A stretch of 64,000 bases of DNA from the human T2T-CHM13v2.0 reference genome, Homo sapiens. The stretch is from NCBI RefSeq assembly GCF_009914755.1, contig NC_060932.1; one strand, given 5' to 3'. Both the position numbers and the translations under genes were made by a program. This document shows, piece after piece, positions 17,156-31,620 of the stretch (position 1 is its first letter; each line of letters starts with the position of its first letter). The notes under the pieces are model-generated. The model made no database searches and was not told the DNA's origin. It saw nothing but the letters and a program-made list of their open reading frames with translations.

Positions 17156-18420
17156 CAAATCAAAGGTTCTTAAACAGCAGCCATGCACTTTCTTAACTCT
17201 AACAACAGGGTAGCCCTCACGCCAGAATAATTTACCATCTTTTCCATTTTACGCTAAAGCCATTTTGGGGGTTGTCTTTAAGTGAAGTCAGAGCAGGGTG
17301 GGGACACTAGTCATCAACTTGTGCCCACCCCCATCTTCGGCAGCCTCCCCCAGGCTGTGCTCGGCCCTATTTGCTAAATAGCAGGTCCCTGGAGGTTGCA
17401 CAACCATCAGCAGCAAAGTAGCTGGAATCCAAAACTAACACGGCTATCCCTTCAACGCTTCCTCTTCACCTCGGGCAAATAATCCATCAGTGCACAAGGC
17501 CACAGGTGTGAGGGGCGGCACAGAGACAGGAGAGAGGCCCCATTCCAGGAGAGTAAGCCTTTGGATCTGAGCCTCACGGAACAGGCAGGCTCTAGCCTAC
17601 AGCCTCCATTCCTGCAGGGTAAGAATACAGTAGACAGGAGGCTAAAGTGGCCGGTTTGGCTCTCGTGATGCAGAAGGAAGCCTGGAGTCAGCAAGGGGAG
17701 ACCAGGCTGCTGAATGGGCCAGTGGCTAACTGCAAGGCCAGCTCAGGGCAGCTAACTGAAACAGCAGCTCCTACTTCAACGAAGGGGAACTGGGTGGGGA
17801 GGGAAATGACCCAGTGTAGACATTGTCCTTACAGCACACACAAAAAGCACATGCCTACATATGACAATGATGGAATATGGCATTTCAAGCCAAATTTATA
17901 CTAAACATCAAAGAAAACCAGGGCTTTTCTGAAACCAAAACACATTTCTAACCACTTTCTTGAAGAAAACAAAAATGGCTGGGATCTGAACCAGGCATAA
18001 CCATTTTGTCTTGCTTTTTGAAAGCTGACAAATGGTCATCCCAGCCCTTCCTTCCCCAGTCTATGACCTTTTCAGACCATCTTGGTTCCTCTCCTGATGT
18101 TTCCTAAAGTAGTGAAATGACAGTACATTCAACTATCTGGCCCCATTTTATTTCCATGTGATTTAAACCTGATGTTTAATGTGACAGCACTTCCATTTAA
18201 AGTAAGCAAAAAAAAAAGAAAAAAAGTTTCTTATACACAAATGTTTTAACGTTTAATGTGTAATGTTTAACATGTGGTTAAAAAGGAAGCAGCCCACAAT
18301 TTTAAAAAAATGAAATTTAAAAAATGGAAGAAAAACAATGACCCCAAAATCCTCATTCAAGGAATTGTGAACAGAAACAAAGTCTTACAATAGCCTGCAG
18401 TACACTATCAAATACTAGCT

Positions 18421-18490
18421 TTATGTATATATAGATATATACGTATATACACATATAGATATGTACACATATATACAGATATATGTACAT
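18421..18490. repeat. (TA)-rich simple repeat
   Basis: tatgtatatatagatatatacgtatatacacatatag... Confidence 0.8.
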
Positions 18491-20014
18491 GCAAGGATCC
18501 AAACCTAGTAGGGAATTTCCAAGAGTGCCAGCTTCTCTGACACCCTGGAAAGGAACTCAGAAACACAGGTGTCTCTCCAGACTAGAAAACCTCAACTGGA
18601 GGCCAGAGGTGGGACACGCCCTAGGAAGCATCCAGACAGACGGAGTGGAACAACACAACCTTTCCAACACGAAGGAGCCCACTGCCATATCTGAATCTGG
18701 CTGCAAATCTGTCAAGACACAGGGCGGGTGGAAACATCAGAAACCATCTTACTGACATGGTCAACCAATGGCTGAGCAGACACACTCAGGACCAAGACCC
18801 CATAATACAGCAGTTAAAAGCCTCCAGGCTCTGGAATCAGAGCCCAGTTGCAGCCTCTTCCAGTGTCAATAAGAGAAGTTACCAAGTGGATGGTGGTGAG
18901 GCCATAACAAGCCGGTACCCACATGCGGTGGGGGCTCTGACACCACTCCCATTTCCATTATCAAACCAAGGAGACCGAAAAAGTGACCTGGGCCATAGGA
19001 TTCTCAAATACTGATCATCTGAACAAATAGAATCTTGTATCTGACAACAGCAGAGCAGCACAACCATTTGGTTTGCAGCCACGGCCAAAACTTGGAGATT
19101 GCAAATGTACAATCAGAGTAAAGACAGCCACAGGATAGCAAAAACCTTTCTTTATTTCTTTTTTTCTAGACGAATGAACTGTAAGCTACTTTGCATTCCT
19201 TTTAAGCTTCTTATTTTTTAGTGTCTGATACCACGGCCATTAAAAACAATCTCTAAAAAGTCTTTGTTGCACATCAGAATGAGACAGCTGGGTTACTGGC
19301 ATGAGGAAATGTTCAATCTTGTCATTTTGCAAAGGAATTCATATTCATAATTAATGACGCTTTTGTCCATGCCAGAAGGAAAATCTAAAGGCTCAACTAT
19401 GCCTAAGTAAATTCTAACCAAGCCAACTGCAACACGGTTTTATAAATTATAGAGCAACAGAAAAGAACAAGATTTTGTGAGTTGCAAGCATAAAGAAAAG
19501 AACGAATGACAAGGCGGCCATGTTTCAAGGAAGCAATGAGATTAGGAACATTCATTTCTAAAAGGATGGGTAGATTTTCCTTCTCCCTCATAAAAGCAGC
19601 AGTAATTGAAAACTTCAACATCATAAGAAAAGGCATATATTTGACCTGCTACATGTATTTGAGAGATTTAATAACACTTTCTTTGTGAGTGTGCCAGACA
19701 GATACCACCGGGTTCCATCACTGGCCCCAAATGTCAACTAAAGATAATGAAGTGGGGGCAGATAAGCTACAAAGTTAGGTTTGGTTTAAGAGGTATGTCT
19801 ATGGAGATGCTGGTAGATAAGTAGAAAACCCCTTGAAAAAACACTAGTGAAACATTTCAAAGAAATGTTCTTAAAGATAACTTTGCTTGTCACATAGCCA
19901 TTAGATAGATAAACAAATGTGTGTTCAAGTAGAAACTCATTCCATTCATTCAAAGAAGATGTATTTGGCCCCTACTATGTTAGGGGCTAAGGCTATAATG
20001 ATAAAACACAAAAC

Positions 20015-20395
20015 ACTGCCAGAAGCTGGGAAGGGTGGGGACAGGGAGTAACTGCTTAATGAGTATGAGATTTTTGTGTGTTTTTCTCATGGTAAATAAA
20101 TAAATAAATATAAACCAAGAAATTCACTATTTTAATTAACCATTTCTAAATATACAATCCTGTGACATTAAGTATATTCACATTGTTAATGTAACCATCA
20201 CCACCTCCATCTCCAGAACTTTTCATCATCCCGGTACGGGGCTTTCTTTCACGGTAATGAAAATGTTTTGGAATTAGATGAGGTGGTGTCACACAGCACT
20301 GCAAAAATGTCCAAACTGTCACTAAACTGTTTACTTAAAAATGATTAGTTTTATGTTATATGAATTTCACCTCAATGAGAAAAAAATAAAAGAAA
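20015..20395. mobile_element. L1M 3' end (+) interrupted by an opposite-strand L1M 3' fragment (~20078-20232)
   Basis: Plus-strand L1MB-type motifs lie on both sides of a minus-strand ATTCACATTGTT...AACCATCACCAC...CCAGAACTTTTCATC segment. Confidence 0.65.
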
Positions 20396-20396
20396 G

Positions 20397-20460
20397 GAGC
20401 CTGGATGCAGTGACCCATGCCTGTAATCCCAGCACTTTGGGAGGCCAAGGTGGGAGAATC
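20397..20460 (+). mobile_element. Alu 5' fragment (~65 bp)
   Basis: CATGCCTGTAATCCCAGCACTTTGGGAGGCCAAGG, after which homology stops. Confidence 0.8.
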
Positions 20461-21674
20461 TCCAGACCAGGGAACAGGTAATGTACAGTACAGTGCTACG
20501 ACAGCGAAGCCCAGATTCTGGGCAGAGCTCTCAGCGGGGATCCTAAGCCCCTCAAGGAGGAAAGGCGTCCTGGAGGAGAGACCGCCTGAGATAACCTTGG
20601 AAGGTAAGTCAGAGTCTGCAGGTGAGGGAAGGGAGAGGGCATTCCGAGTGTGTGTGATGCAGGAGAGAATGACATATTCAACACACCTGGGGCATGTACT
20701 GGGGAGACAGCCAAAAACCCCACATTCATTCAAGACACCATTCATCCCCCAAATCTAATCACAAAACATACAATAATGGGGTGAACATTATAATTATACA
20801 TCATACTTAAAATATTTGTTTAAAATAATAATTATAAAAAATACTTTTAAAATGCCAGAAGAAGACATTCAGGAGAAAACAAGGACTGAACTGGATCCCA
20901 AACAGCGGCAGAAGTTGGAGACAGACAAGTGGGAGGGGACAGGCCACGCGGGGTGAAGGCGGAACGCAAGTGAGCACCATGTCTCTAAGTGACCAAGGAG
21001 CCAGCAGTCGGAAGGTGGCCAGGGACCCCCAAAGTCCCAAGTCACAGGAGCACCACGACCTCTCATCACAGCTGCCTGGGTTTACAATTTATAAAATGCT
21101 TTCACAACTATGACCTCATTTGACTTCCACCGTCACCCTGACAGGCAGGTACGGCAGACCTGACTGTCATCTCATAGACAACGAAACTCAGGTGTGTCCA
21201 GCTGTACTGACCCACCCAGGGCCACACAGCTGTGAGCAGGCAGAGGGGGCCTGCAGCCGCCTCCCCATCCAGCTCCGCCTCCCTGAGCCCTCTCTCCATC
21301 ACGCAGGGAGCGCAACACGAACGGGAACTCAAGCGCTCTGTTCACCCCATTCCTATTCTCATTTGACTTAATCTTCTGAAAACAAAAAAAAAAACTTGCA
21401 TATTTTCACTCTGGGAAATGACCTTTTGGTAAAAAGGAAGCAGTCTTTTTTTAGTAAGATGTGGACTCTTTACAGAGTTGTATACGTGCAACTTGGCAGA
21501 GTAGTTGTTTTTCAGATGAAACAATGCATGGACTGTCGAATTCCTAACATCATAACTTAGTTATGAATGATTTCAAACCTAGCTTCAATGAACCAAGCTA
21601 GCTACAACTGCCTCAAAAAAGGCATAGCCAGAGTTCCGTTAAATTGCCCAACAAAACCCAAAGAGGTCTAGCTT

Positions 21675-21830
21675 GGTGATTCTCAACCAGGGCTGATCTC
21701 AATACACATTTTTGGTTTTCACAACTGAGAGGGTGTAGAGGCCGAGAACGCTGCTAACCAACCTACAATGCACAACACGCCCCTCACAACTAATATTTAT
21801 CCAGCCCCAAATCACAGATTGAGAAGCCCT
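21675..21830. mobile_element. MER20-like hAT MITE (internally deleted)
   Basis: GTGATTCTCAACC...CATTTTTGGTTTTCACAACTG...TGCTGCTAA-like...TTGAGAAGCCCTG ends. Confidence 0.65.
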
Positions 21831-23066
21831 GGTCTCAATTCTGAGGTGTTTCCATAAACTGATCCCTGAGGTGGGAAGAACCTGGTACTGGAGTGTCACA
21901 TAGACGAGATACACACTCCAGAAACTTATGTCTGGCACACTTGGTTAAAATGGCAGGCAGCTTCAAAGTTGTGTGCCATTTTAACCAGGTGACTTCAAGT
22001 CACCAAGAGTTTCCCCATTTGCAAAATGGGGTTCCCACTACCTTTCTCAACCTGAGATAAGGCAGCTGGTGGGCAAGTCGAGAACCCCAACAGCAGAGGA
22101 CCCACAGTCAATGCTCAAGACCGAGGCTGGACTGAGCTCACTAAATAGCACACTCTCCCGGCACTCGCTTTATCCAAAACATTTGAAAACACAAACGCCA
22201 GAGCGATGGGCATCATCTAAATAAGGGTGGAGACAATTACTATCCTTCAATCTCATTAAGCAGGAGTCCATATGCCTGCATGGAAACCAGGGCTTGGGAT
22301 CACTGTCATCTCCCACACAGACATACTGTAGTCAGTGACCGGTAGGACCACCTGGACCACTGCAGGAGGTTGGGTGGTGCGTTTACATGGCTCATATTTC
22401 CTGCAGTTCCAGCACAAGCAACACCTCTTGCACTTGGGCTTAAATCGTATTATCCAAATGAAGTATCACTCTCCTAATCAGCATCCCCTTTAAGCAAGCA
22501 CAGATGGCAATCACGTGCTTAAGTGGCAAATCAAGGGCTGAAATCCGGGCAAGCTCTCCCAGGCTCTCGGATCTGGTTCTGTGAGTGGGTTCTGAGAGAG
22601 ACAGGGGTCAGGAAACACAGGATGACTGGCACACGCAGAGAGCTCAAGGTCTTTTGTCTGCCCTCAAGCCCTTCTGGTGAACCAAATGGACTCCACCAGA
22701 GTCAGCGGGTAAACACCCTTGTCAGCCTTGCAGGCCAGTCATTCTCAAAGAGAAGCCTGTGGATCAGCAGCACAGGAAGAAGAATGTTTACTATCGCCTC
22801 CACAATTCTTTTGTATTTTATCAGATCCTCTGGCCATCTTTGAGAAACTGTGCACTGTCCTACTTCTGACAATCAGATTAAAAGGGCGCGTATTAAAGGT
22901 CCCTTTCTGTCTTAGCAGAAACAGTATTTTTTCATTTTACTTGTAATCAATCAGCTTTGCCCCCTTTCCTGATTTTAAAGGCAGGAAGAAGCAGCATTGT
23001 ATTGAACTGTGAAATGCGCTCAAATGCGGCTCTAAAGGGAAGTACCACCCGGGCGGCTGGATATTA

Positions 23067-23080
23067 GTTTCCATGGTAAC
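23067..23080. promoter_or_regulatory. RFX X-box motif GTTTCCATGGTAAC
   Basis: Full match to the palindromic consensus GTTNCCATGGNAAC in apparently non-repeat sequence. Function is untested. Confidence 0.55.
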
Positions 23081-23193
23081 CGAGGTCCCTGGGCCCTAGC
23101 ACACACAGCAGGAAATGCTGCAGATTACCACAGCAGTGTCTTTTACTAGAAATAAGAGTTCCATTTCAATTGTAAACATTTGGGAATCAAAAA

Positions 23194-23479
23194 ACGTGTA
23201 TTTGTGTGTATGTGCGTACGTGTGCGTGTGTATGTATGTGCATATGTGTATGTTGTGTGTATATATGCGTGTGTATGTGTATGTTGTGTATGTTGTGCGT
23301 GTGTGTGTGCATGTGTATGTGTGTGTATATATGTGTGTACGTGTATGTTGTGAATGTATGTGTATGTGTACATGTGTACGTCTGTGTGTATGTGTGTTGT
23401 GTGTGTGTTGTACGTGTGTACATGTGTATGTTGTGTGTATGTGTATATGTGTATGTGTGTGTACGTATGTGTGCATGTA
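23194..23479. repeat. ~285-bp imperfect (TG/TA/CG)n purine-pyrimidine tract
   Basis: Directly visible. It produces the Cys/Val/Tyr and His/Thr junk ORFs in the track. Confidence 0.95.
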
Positions 23480-24458
23480 GATGAATTGAAGGCAATGTAA
23501 ATGAATTGAAGCCTCATTATTCTTACAGTTAAGAAGCTTATGTCAAATGAAACAAATGATTAAAATGTAAGCAAAAATAGCCTCCCCCCTTCCAAAGAGC
23601 TAAAAGAAAACAAAAATATCTTCTGCAGAAAAAGGAAGAACCAGAATGGAAGCAGAGAGCTGCTTTGGAAACCAGATGACCACGGGTTTCTTATTAACAA
23701 ACAAGCAAACCAAAATGTCTGTAAACAATCACCGGCTGAGAGACAGAACAGAGATTTTTTTCACAACCTATGCTGTGTCCTCCTTGAACTCCCTCACCAT
23801 GAAACCAAGAAGTCAGAGCCAACAACTGCTTAGGTGGTTTTTAAGGGAAATCACGCAATAGAAAACCCAACGCTAGAATCCCCAGTCTCCTTCCTAGCTG
23901 TGTGACCTCGGACAAGTGACTTCACTGAGATTCAGTGTCTCCAGTAAAAATGAAAATGTTGCACTAGATACTAGGTGAGCAGAAGAAAAAAAAAAATCCT
24001 GTATCTTCTCAAAAATGAAAGACCAGATAGTTCCTTTAAAAAAAAAAACTTCCAAGTAGTTCTCACTTTAAGCTTTCTTGAAGTAGTGTATACAAATCTA
24101 ATGTCTTTAAAATGAGTCAGAAGAATTCACTGCCAAATTCTCGGTGACAGAAGACCTTTTTAGTATTCTATAACTATTCCTTGAGTTATTTTCTGGTAAC
24201 AGCACTTTTCCTACAGCAGAGGACACAAGCGCAGGTTAAAGTGAAAATTTTAGTTCCAACTAGCTTTCACATTTTGTGCGTGTTTTCTAGCTGAGACTTT
24301 TTCAAAGGGAGCACAGAGGAGGCATCTATGTGGTCTGACCAAACAGACCCGTCCTAGAAAAATACTAGTTTGACAACTTCAAGTATCTTCAAGTTCACAT
24401 TTACATTCCAGATGGTTATTTTTATCTAAGATGGGCAGAGCAGACCAAACCAAGTTCA

Positions 24459-24817
<359 letters not shown>

Positions 24818-26554
24818 TTCTTCGCTTCATCTGCATGAACTAAAATAACTGCATTCTTTCATGAATGTTAATATTTTACCAAAAGTGACTACAAGGTATG
24901 TGTGTGTGGCAGTGGGGATGGGGTGGGGTATTAGTTATTAAGCCAAAACAAAAAGCCAATCTATGGGAAGCAAAGGCAAGAACTAGGATGGAAAGAGGTG
25001 GGGGAGGAGAAGAGGGGAGAATTGTCAGTGCTTGTATACAAAATGCACGGTGGCTCTGTTAGCTAGAAGTGGGCAACTGCTGAGTAAACCACTTTATTAT
25101 GTAAACTGCCTAACAACACAAATAACCACGCTGCACACAAATCAACTCAGTCACCCATAAAAACACACATCCTCTCCAAGCTTGGACCTTCCTCCCCACT
25201 GCTGCTGCTCCCGCCGCCGCCACCACCATCGCATAATTCACCGGCATTGATGAAGGCTGCCGAGGTTAGACAGGGAACAGCACACACACATCCAGATGTA
25301 ATTCAAGTATCATCTGGGGAAATACACTAAAGCCTAATGGGGAAACCCCATTGAATGGAGCAAGACTTTCTCTCTGTTAGGGGTAAGACAATCCTGAGCA
25401 GGACAGACACACATGCTTGGGTGTGGAATTCTGATATCCCTCACTGTCCCTGCTGGAGGATTATAGAATTCTGGTGACATCCTGCCCTGAGGATCCAGGA
25501 TATGTTTTGGTAAATGTGGGATTCCGGTGAGTTCATTCTGGGCTAACACATGATGACTGCCCTTTCAAGTGTCATTCCAGGAAGACATGGTTAAAAGCAA
25601 AACACGACTGAGGCAGGAGCACTGGTTGACCACAATGAACAATTCTCTCTGGCAACTGCTGCTACCCAACCAAAGATCAATAATAAAAGGCCACTTGTCA
25701 AATGGGGAACAGTGCTGTCGCCAGGCATCAGTTTTTACATCAAGAAAAGAGCAATGGGATTAGAAAGGAGGGATTCGTTTTATCAGCAGTAATGCTAGGC
25801 TCATGGTTACAAATCTCCTAAATATACGTACTTGCCCGTCAAAATAATCAAACACATAAGCAACCATAACTCCATCAACTGAAAAACATCAAAAACAAGG
25901 TATTTTTTTAAATTTATAAAATAAAAACACTCTTTAAAAATATACAGATTCATTTGTTATTTCTAGTTCTTATGTATAGTATGAGTTGTAAAAATGCTAA
26001 AAATGCATGACACCCTACTGTCCTGGGCTCAACACAAAGTCTGAAGTTTCATAGAAAGCACACCCCAAACAATGACAGCTTTAAAAAAAATGGGGAATCG
26101 TAAGACAAACTTCACATGCCCGGGCCATTTTTAAAAAGATGTTTTATTCATAGCAGACGTATATGACTAAATACATTGTGCTAACAAATTAAAATGACGC
26201 AAGACAAATTGAAGTGGAAAAACACCAAAATGATGAGACCAAAAGCAGACTGTACATTTACAAACCCATTTAAAACAATATTTTTTTTACATCACCTCCC
26301 ACTAGGGCAATGGCAGCTCTAAAATCTGTGTATAGGAGGGCTTAGGAGCTGGAAAATTTATCTTGAAGATATGCTTACATAATAACCACAGTTTTTAGCT
26401 ATGTTGCCTATTATTATAAATAGCAATCATTTTTATAGATTTTATTTGTACTTTATGTAAGATTGAGATTATAAAAAGTGCTCAATATAAAAAGTATATG
26501 GATACACATACGTACATACATGTACACAAACACATACACATATATACAGTTTAG

Positions 26555-26920
<366 letters not shown>

Positions 26921-27079
26921 TAATATTCAAAGAATTTTCAGTTCCAGACCTAAAAGAAGGGCCTTTTATATGATGTTTTTAATTTGAAAAAAAATTGTTT
27001 TCAGTTTGAGGCTAAAGAGTTTGGTAAGTAGTAATAAGAAGACAAATATTTCAGGTGATAGATATCCCAATTACCCTGA

Positions 27080-27342
27080 TTTTTTTTTTTTTTTTTTGAG
27101 ACAGAGTCTCACTCCATTACCCAGGCTGGAGTGCAGTGGCATGATCTTGGCTCATTGCAACCTCCGCCTCCTGAGTTCAAGTGATTGTCATGCCTCAGCC
27201 TCCCGAGTAGCTGGAATTAGAGGCCCGCCACCAAGCTCAGCTAATTTTTTTGTATTTTTAGTAGAGCCAGGATCTCGCCATGTTGACCAGGCTGGTCTCT
27301 AACTCCTGACATCAAGTGATCCACCCACCTCGGCCTCTCAAA
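27080..27342 (-). mobile_element. 5'-truncated Alu inserted in an L1MA-like 3' end (27040-27440)
   Basis: The Alu lacks its first ~35 nt. The flanks join as GATATCCCAATTACCCTGATT|...TTACACATT, an L1 3' terminus. Confidence 0.8.
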
Positions 27343-30300
27343 TGATTCGAACTTTACACATTATATCAATTTATCAAAGTATCATATGTGCCCCCATAAC
27401 ATGTGGATGCATCAATCTTTTTAAAAAGAAAAAAAAAAAGTTTGCTAGGTAGAAATAGTAAGACTCTAATTACACGAAAGAGTTCTGGGCTTGAACACCA
27501 AAGGCAATCCAGAAGTTAAAGGCTAGTGAAGTCTCAATTAAACAATCTGGTTAAAATAAAACTCAGGAGCAAACAAGAGCAGTCTGGCTGGAGCCAGGAA
27601 ACAACCCAGCTGGGAACCCAAACAACCCAGCACCTTCTCCCCTCAGAGGAAAGATTCCCTCCCCTCCTCCACTCCATCCATGAAGCAGGGTGAGTGCCTT
27701 CTACCCAGTTGTCCTTTGCACCAGAGACTTGACCTCAGGGAGGGGTCACCAAGATTCAAATTCTGAACTCCAGGGAGGAATCCTGCCAAGACCCCATCCC
27801 AACAGCCCCTTGCTCGAGAACTGACGGGCTTCCCACCAGGATCCATGAGGGCTGCATAAAAGTGGAAGCTACTGTTTGCACGCAGTCGTTCATTCAGCAG
27901 ATGGGTCTGCACCCTGCTGAAGGCCAGATACTCAGCATCTGGGAAAGTGAGTTCCTCAGGAAGGAGCAGGTCCTGTTAGAGGTGTCTCCAATCTGGTGGG
28001 GAAGATAGTGACAGCACAGCTAGGGGAATCCTCTGACCCCAGCATGTCCCCCGAGGCCCTGAGCAAGGACCCAGTTTACTTCCTGAGGGAAGACAAAGGT
28101 CTCACAAGTGATACAGCTCTTAAACTCCTGGGAGACAAGCAGCAGATCCTCAAGCATACAAACAGGGTGAAGAAGGGGAGGGCTGGAAAGGACATTCTGG
28201 GCCTGGAATGCACATGTGCCAGCAGATAGGGATCAAGGGTTTTAAGGGTTTCAGAAAACAGTGAGCAGTTCTTTGTGGGTGCAGTTGCCGGCCATGGGTG
28301 GGGAGATGTCATCGGACAGGTGGGTTATGGCAAGATGGCAAGAGGCTTTACAGGACAGCACAAACATACCTCAATGGAGAGCAACATCTCCTGGAAAGCT
28401 TTTCAAAATTGGAGATTCCTGGGTCTCACCCAGTTATTCTGATTCCATGGGAGTGGCAGGGCCTTGAAATCTGTCCCTTAAAGTGAACTTCTTGAGTGAC
28501 TGTGATGCCTAATGCCAGATCTGGAGACCATGGCATTTACCAAAATCTGTACTGCAAATGTGTAACACATTTGTAAGAACTAAGCCATCAGCAATTTTCT
28601 TCACCAACATGCTTCACCAACCTCGGCGATCCAGACTCACTGATTAAAGCGCATGTCTGATGGACCAGCCTTCGATGCCTGTCCTAGAAGGTCCGGCGTC
28701 CACCTGCCTTCCTCCTACACACACTCCAAGTCTGAGAGGGGACCTCAACCCAAATGCCCATCTGTAATTTTCCCTTTTCTCTTCTAACCTTCTCTCTCCA
28801 TTATCTTTGGCTTAATCTTGCTTCCTCCACTTCCTTTGTACTCAGAGCAAAAATTGGAAGCTCTAAAGATAATATAGAAAAGGAAATTTACACTTCATTC
28901 ATAGCTAATAAGAACCAAGGCAAGATTTTAAATCATAGAATATTAGAGCCAAAAAAAAATTACTTGTGATGATCTAGGCTCCTAGGCCCTTTATAGGTGG
29001 GAAAATGGAAGCCCAGAGAAGGGAAATATTTACTCAAGGTCACATAGCTGCAAAGGCACGAAGTCAAACCTACGTATCCCAGATCCCAAGCTAGTTGTTA
29101 TTCTAACTACCGCATATAGACTTTTGTTATTTCAACAACATAGATTATTTTTTGTGCTACACAGATTTTTTTTAATGCATTCAGAATCAAAATGGGATCA
29201 AAATGGGGAATAAAATTCGTACGCCTGTAAGCCTGTGCCCTTACACATCAGGGACTTGCGCGGAGTACAGAGCGGACGACACACTCCCTCTTAGTCAGCA
29301 CTGGCCCATCCCGGCCACTGTGCCATCTGCTTGTGTCAGCAAGGGCCTTTGAAGAGCAGTGTTGTGTGACTCTCATTTTCATCTGCCTCTGTAATTACTT
29401 TCATGGTTTTGAACAACCATCTCAGGGAAGTTTAGATGGTAATACATCCAATGCCTGAGGAAGGCATTTCAGATTCTCAGAAGGAAGGAAATGGATCCCA
29501 GGCAGACTAGATCATCTTTAATGTCCAGAATCTTAAATTTGTTACCCTAAAAAGTAGGCATGATTTTAAGACTGAAAATCAGGATAGCTAGGCTTTATTG
29601 AATGTGTACCATGGGCTGGGCTCTGTTCTGAGTGGTTCATGTGTATTAAGTCTTTTTGTTCTCACCACAGCCTATGTGGTAGGTACTTACCATCTTTTTC
29701 TTAATTTCCTTAATTTTCCTTTTCTTATTTTTTTAAGTAGCCCAGACAAATGCATGCCACTCAGTTCAAATATTTCTCAGCTCCTGTAATAGCCACGTGC
29801 TGGTCCATTATGGATGTGAAGGAAGCAGAGACCCTGCTCCACAAAGCCTCGGGTTCCAAGTCTACCAGATACCTAGAAACCAATTCTTTGTGTTCAATAA
29901 TACAGAAAATCGTACTTTCATATTTAAAACAAATTGTATATTCATCCAGAGTCTAAAATCAACAAAATATGGAACTGCGCCTAGTGCTAATAAACTGAAA
30001 TTCCATTATAGTTTAATTATTAACCCAAATATACACATTATAATATCCACTTATACACTTTCATTTAAAAAAAATGAAAGCAATTAAGTTCTAACATATT
30101 TCCACATTCTGTTTAACAATAGGTACATAACAACTAGATTGATTTTGCTCTTATAGTGACTAGTATTCAAAGTTTTTCCTAAGTAAATTTTATTAATAGC
30201 TAGTGCAAAAGATTTCCTATAAAGGACAAAGACCACTCAGAGCTGTTCCCTTTTGGAAACAATATGAGATGCTAATATTTTGGAAACCAGAGCGACCTGC

Positions 30301-30970
30301 TAGCTTGAAATGCTGGGCACTTGCCCAGAAGAGATGCACTTAATGATAACTGCAATTCCCTCCTACCACTTCCATCAAGAGGGATAAAAAAAAAAAAATA
30401 CATGTAAAGGCTGTAAGCAAGGGAGTAACCAAGGATATTCTTTCTGGAGAAGGTAGATATCAAACCACAAACTCTGTTAGAGTCACGGCCTACACCAACC
30501 CTAAGCCCAAATCTATTTGCTGCTGACCAAAACAGCTTGAAGCACTTTTTACAGATTATCATTTCCTTGGTGATCCATACATCATTAAAAATAGATCACT
30601 TGTAGGACTCCAAAAGGATATATACATGGGCATTAATTGCAGCAGAGCTTGTAGTAGCAAATACCTGGAGATAACCTAAATATCTATCAAGAGAATAATG
30701 ACTCAGTTGTGCTATATTCAGACAGTGCTACATTCAGAAATTCCATTTGGCCGCTAGAAAGAATAAGGTGGACTTATAGGTACTGGAAAGATAACTATAA
30801 TATACTATGCAGTAAAAAGCACAGAACAATGTTTCTTAGGGGCTACCTTCTGAAAAAGGTCACACAGGTATATTTTATTCCATGTGTCATTCCACATATT
30901 GTGGAAAACTAGTGTTGTTTTTTTTTTTTCCTCCCAGCATGTTTGTTTATATATGCAAAAACATCTGTAA

Positions 30971-31336
<366 letters not shown>

Positions 31337-31620
31337 TACTTATTTCAATTTTTTAAACTAAAGAGCATGTCCTATTTTTTAAATTTTTAAGTAAAAATTA
31401 ATAAAAGTCACTTCTGACACTTACTAAGAAGGACATTCGAGTTTCTCTTATCTCTGTAAAATATACCTTCTTTCTATCACCCATATACTTTTAGGTTATT
31501 TGAGAGTTCTCACACTCCCACATTCAATGAAAATAGTAGCACGTATGGATTTTAAACAGAAAGTATCCTGGCATCACTAAAAATGATCTGAAATCCCATG
31601 GTCTAAAAATATGTCAAAGC

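Noticed and set aside
22371-22379. GLI-like site TGGGTGGTG (MTSS1 is Hedgehog-responsive)
   Set aside because: It mismatches the TGGGTGGTC consensus. No exact GLI site was noticed, and near-matches are common.
23096-23517. Overlapping His/Thr-rich and Cys/Val-rich ORFs
   Set aside because: These are translations of a dinucleotide tract that lacks stop codons.
28988-28997. Perfect CArG box CCTTTATAGG
   Set aside because: Several are expected by chance in 64 kb, and it lies in what looks like an old SINE/LINE remnant.
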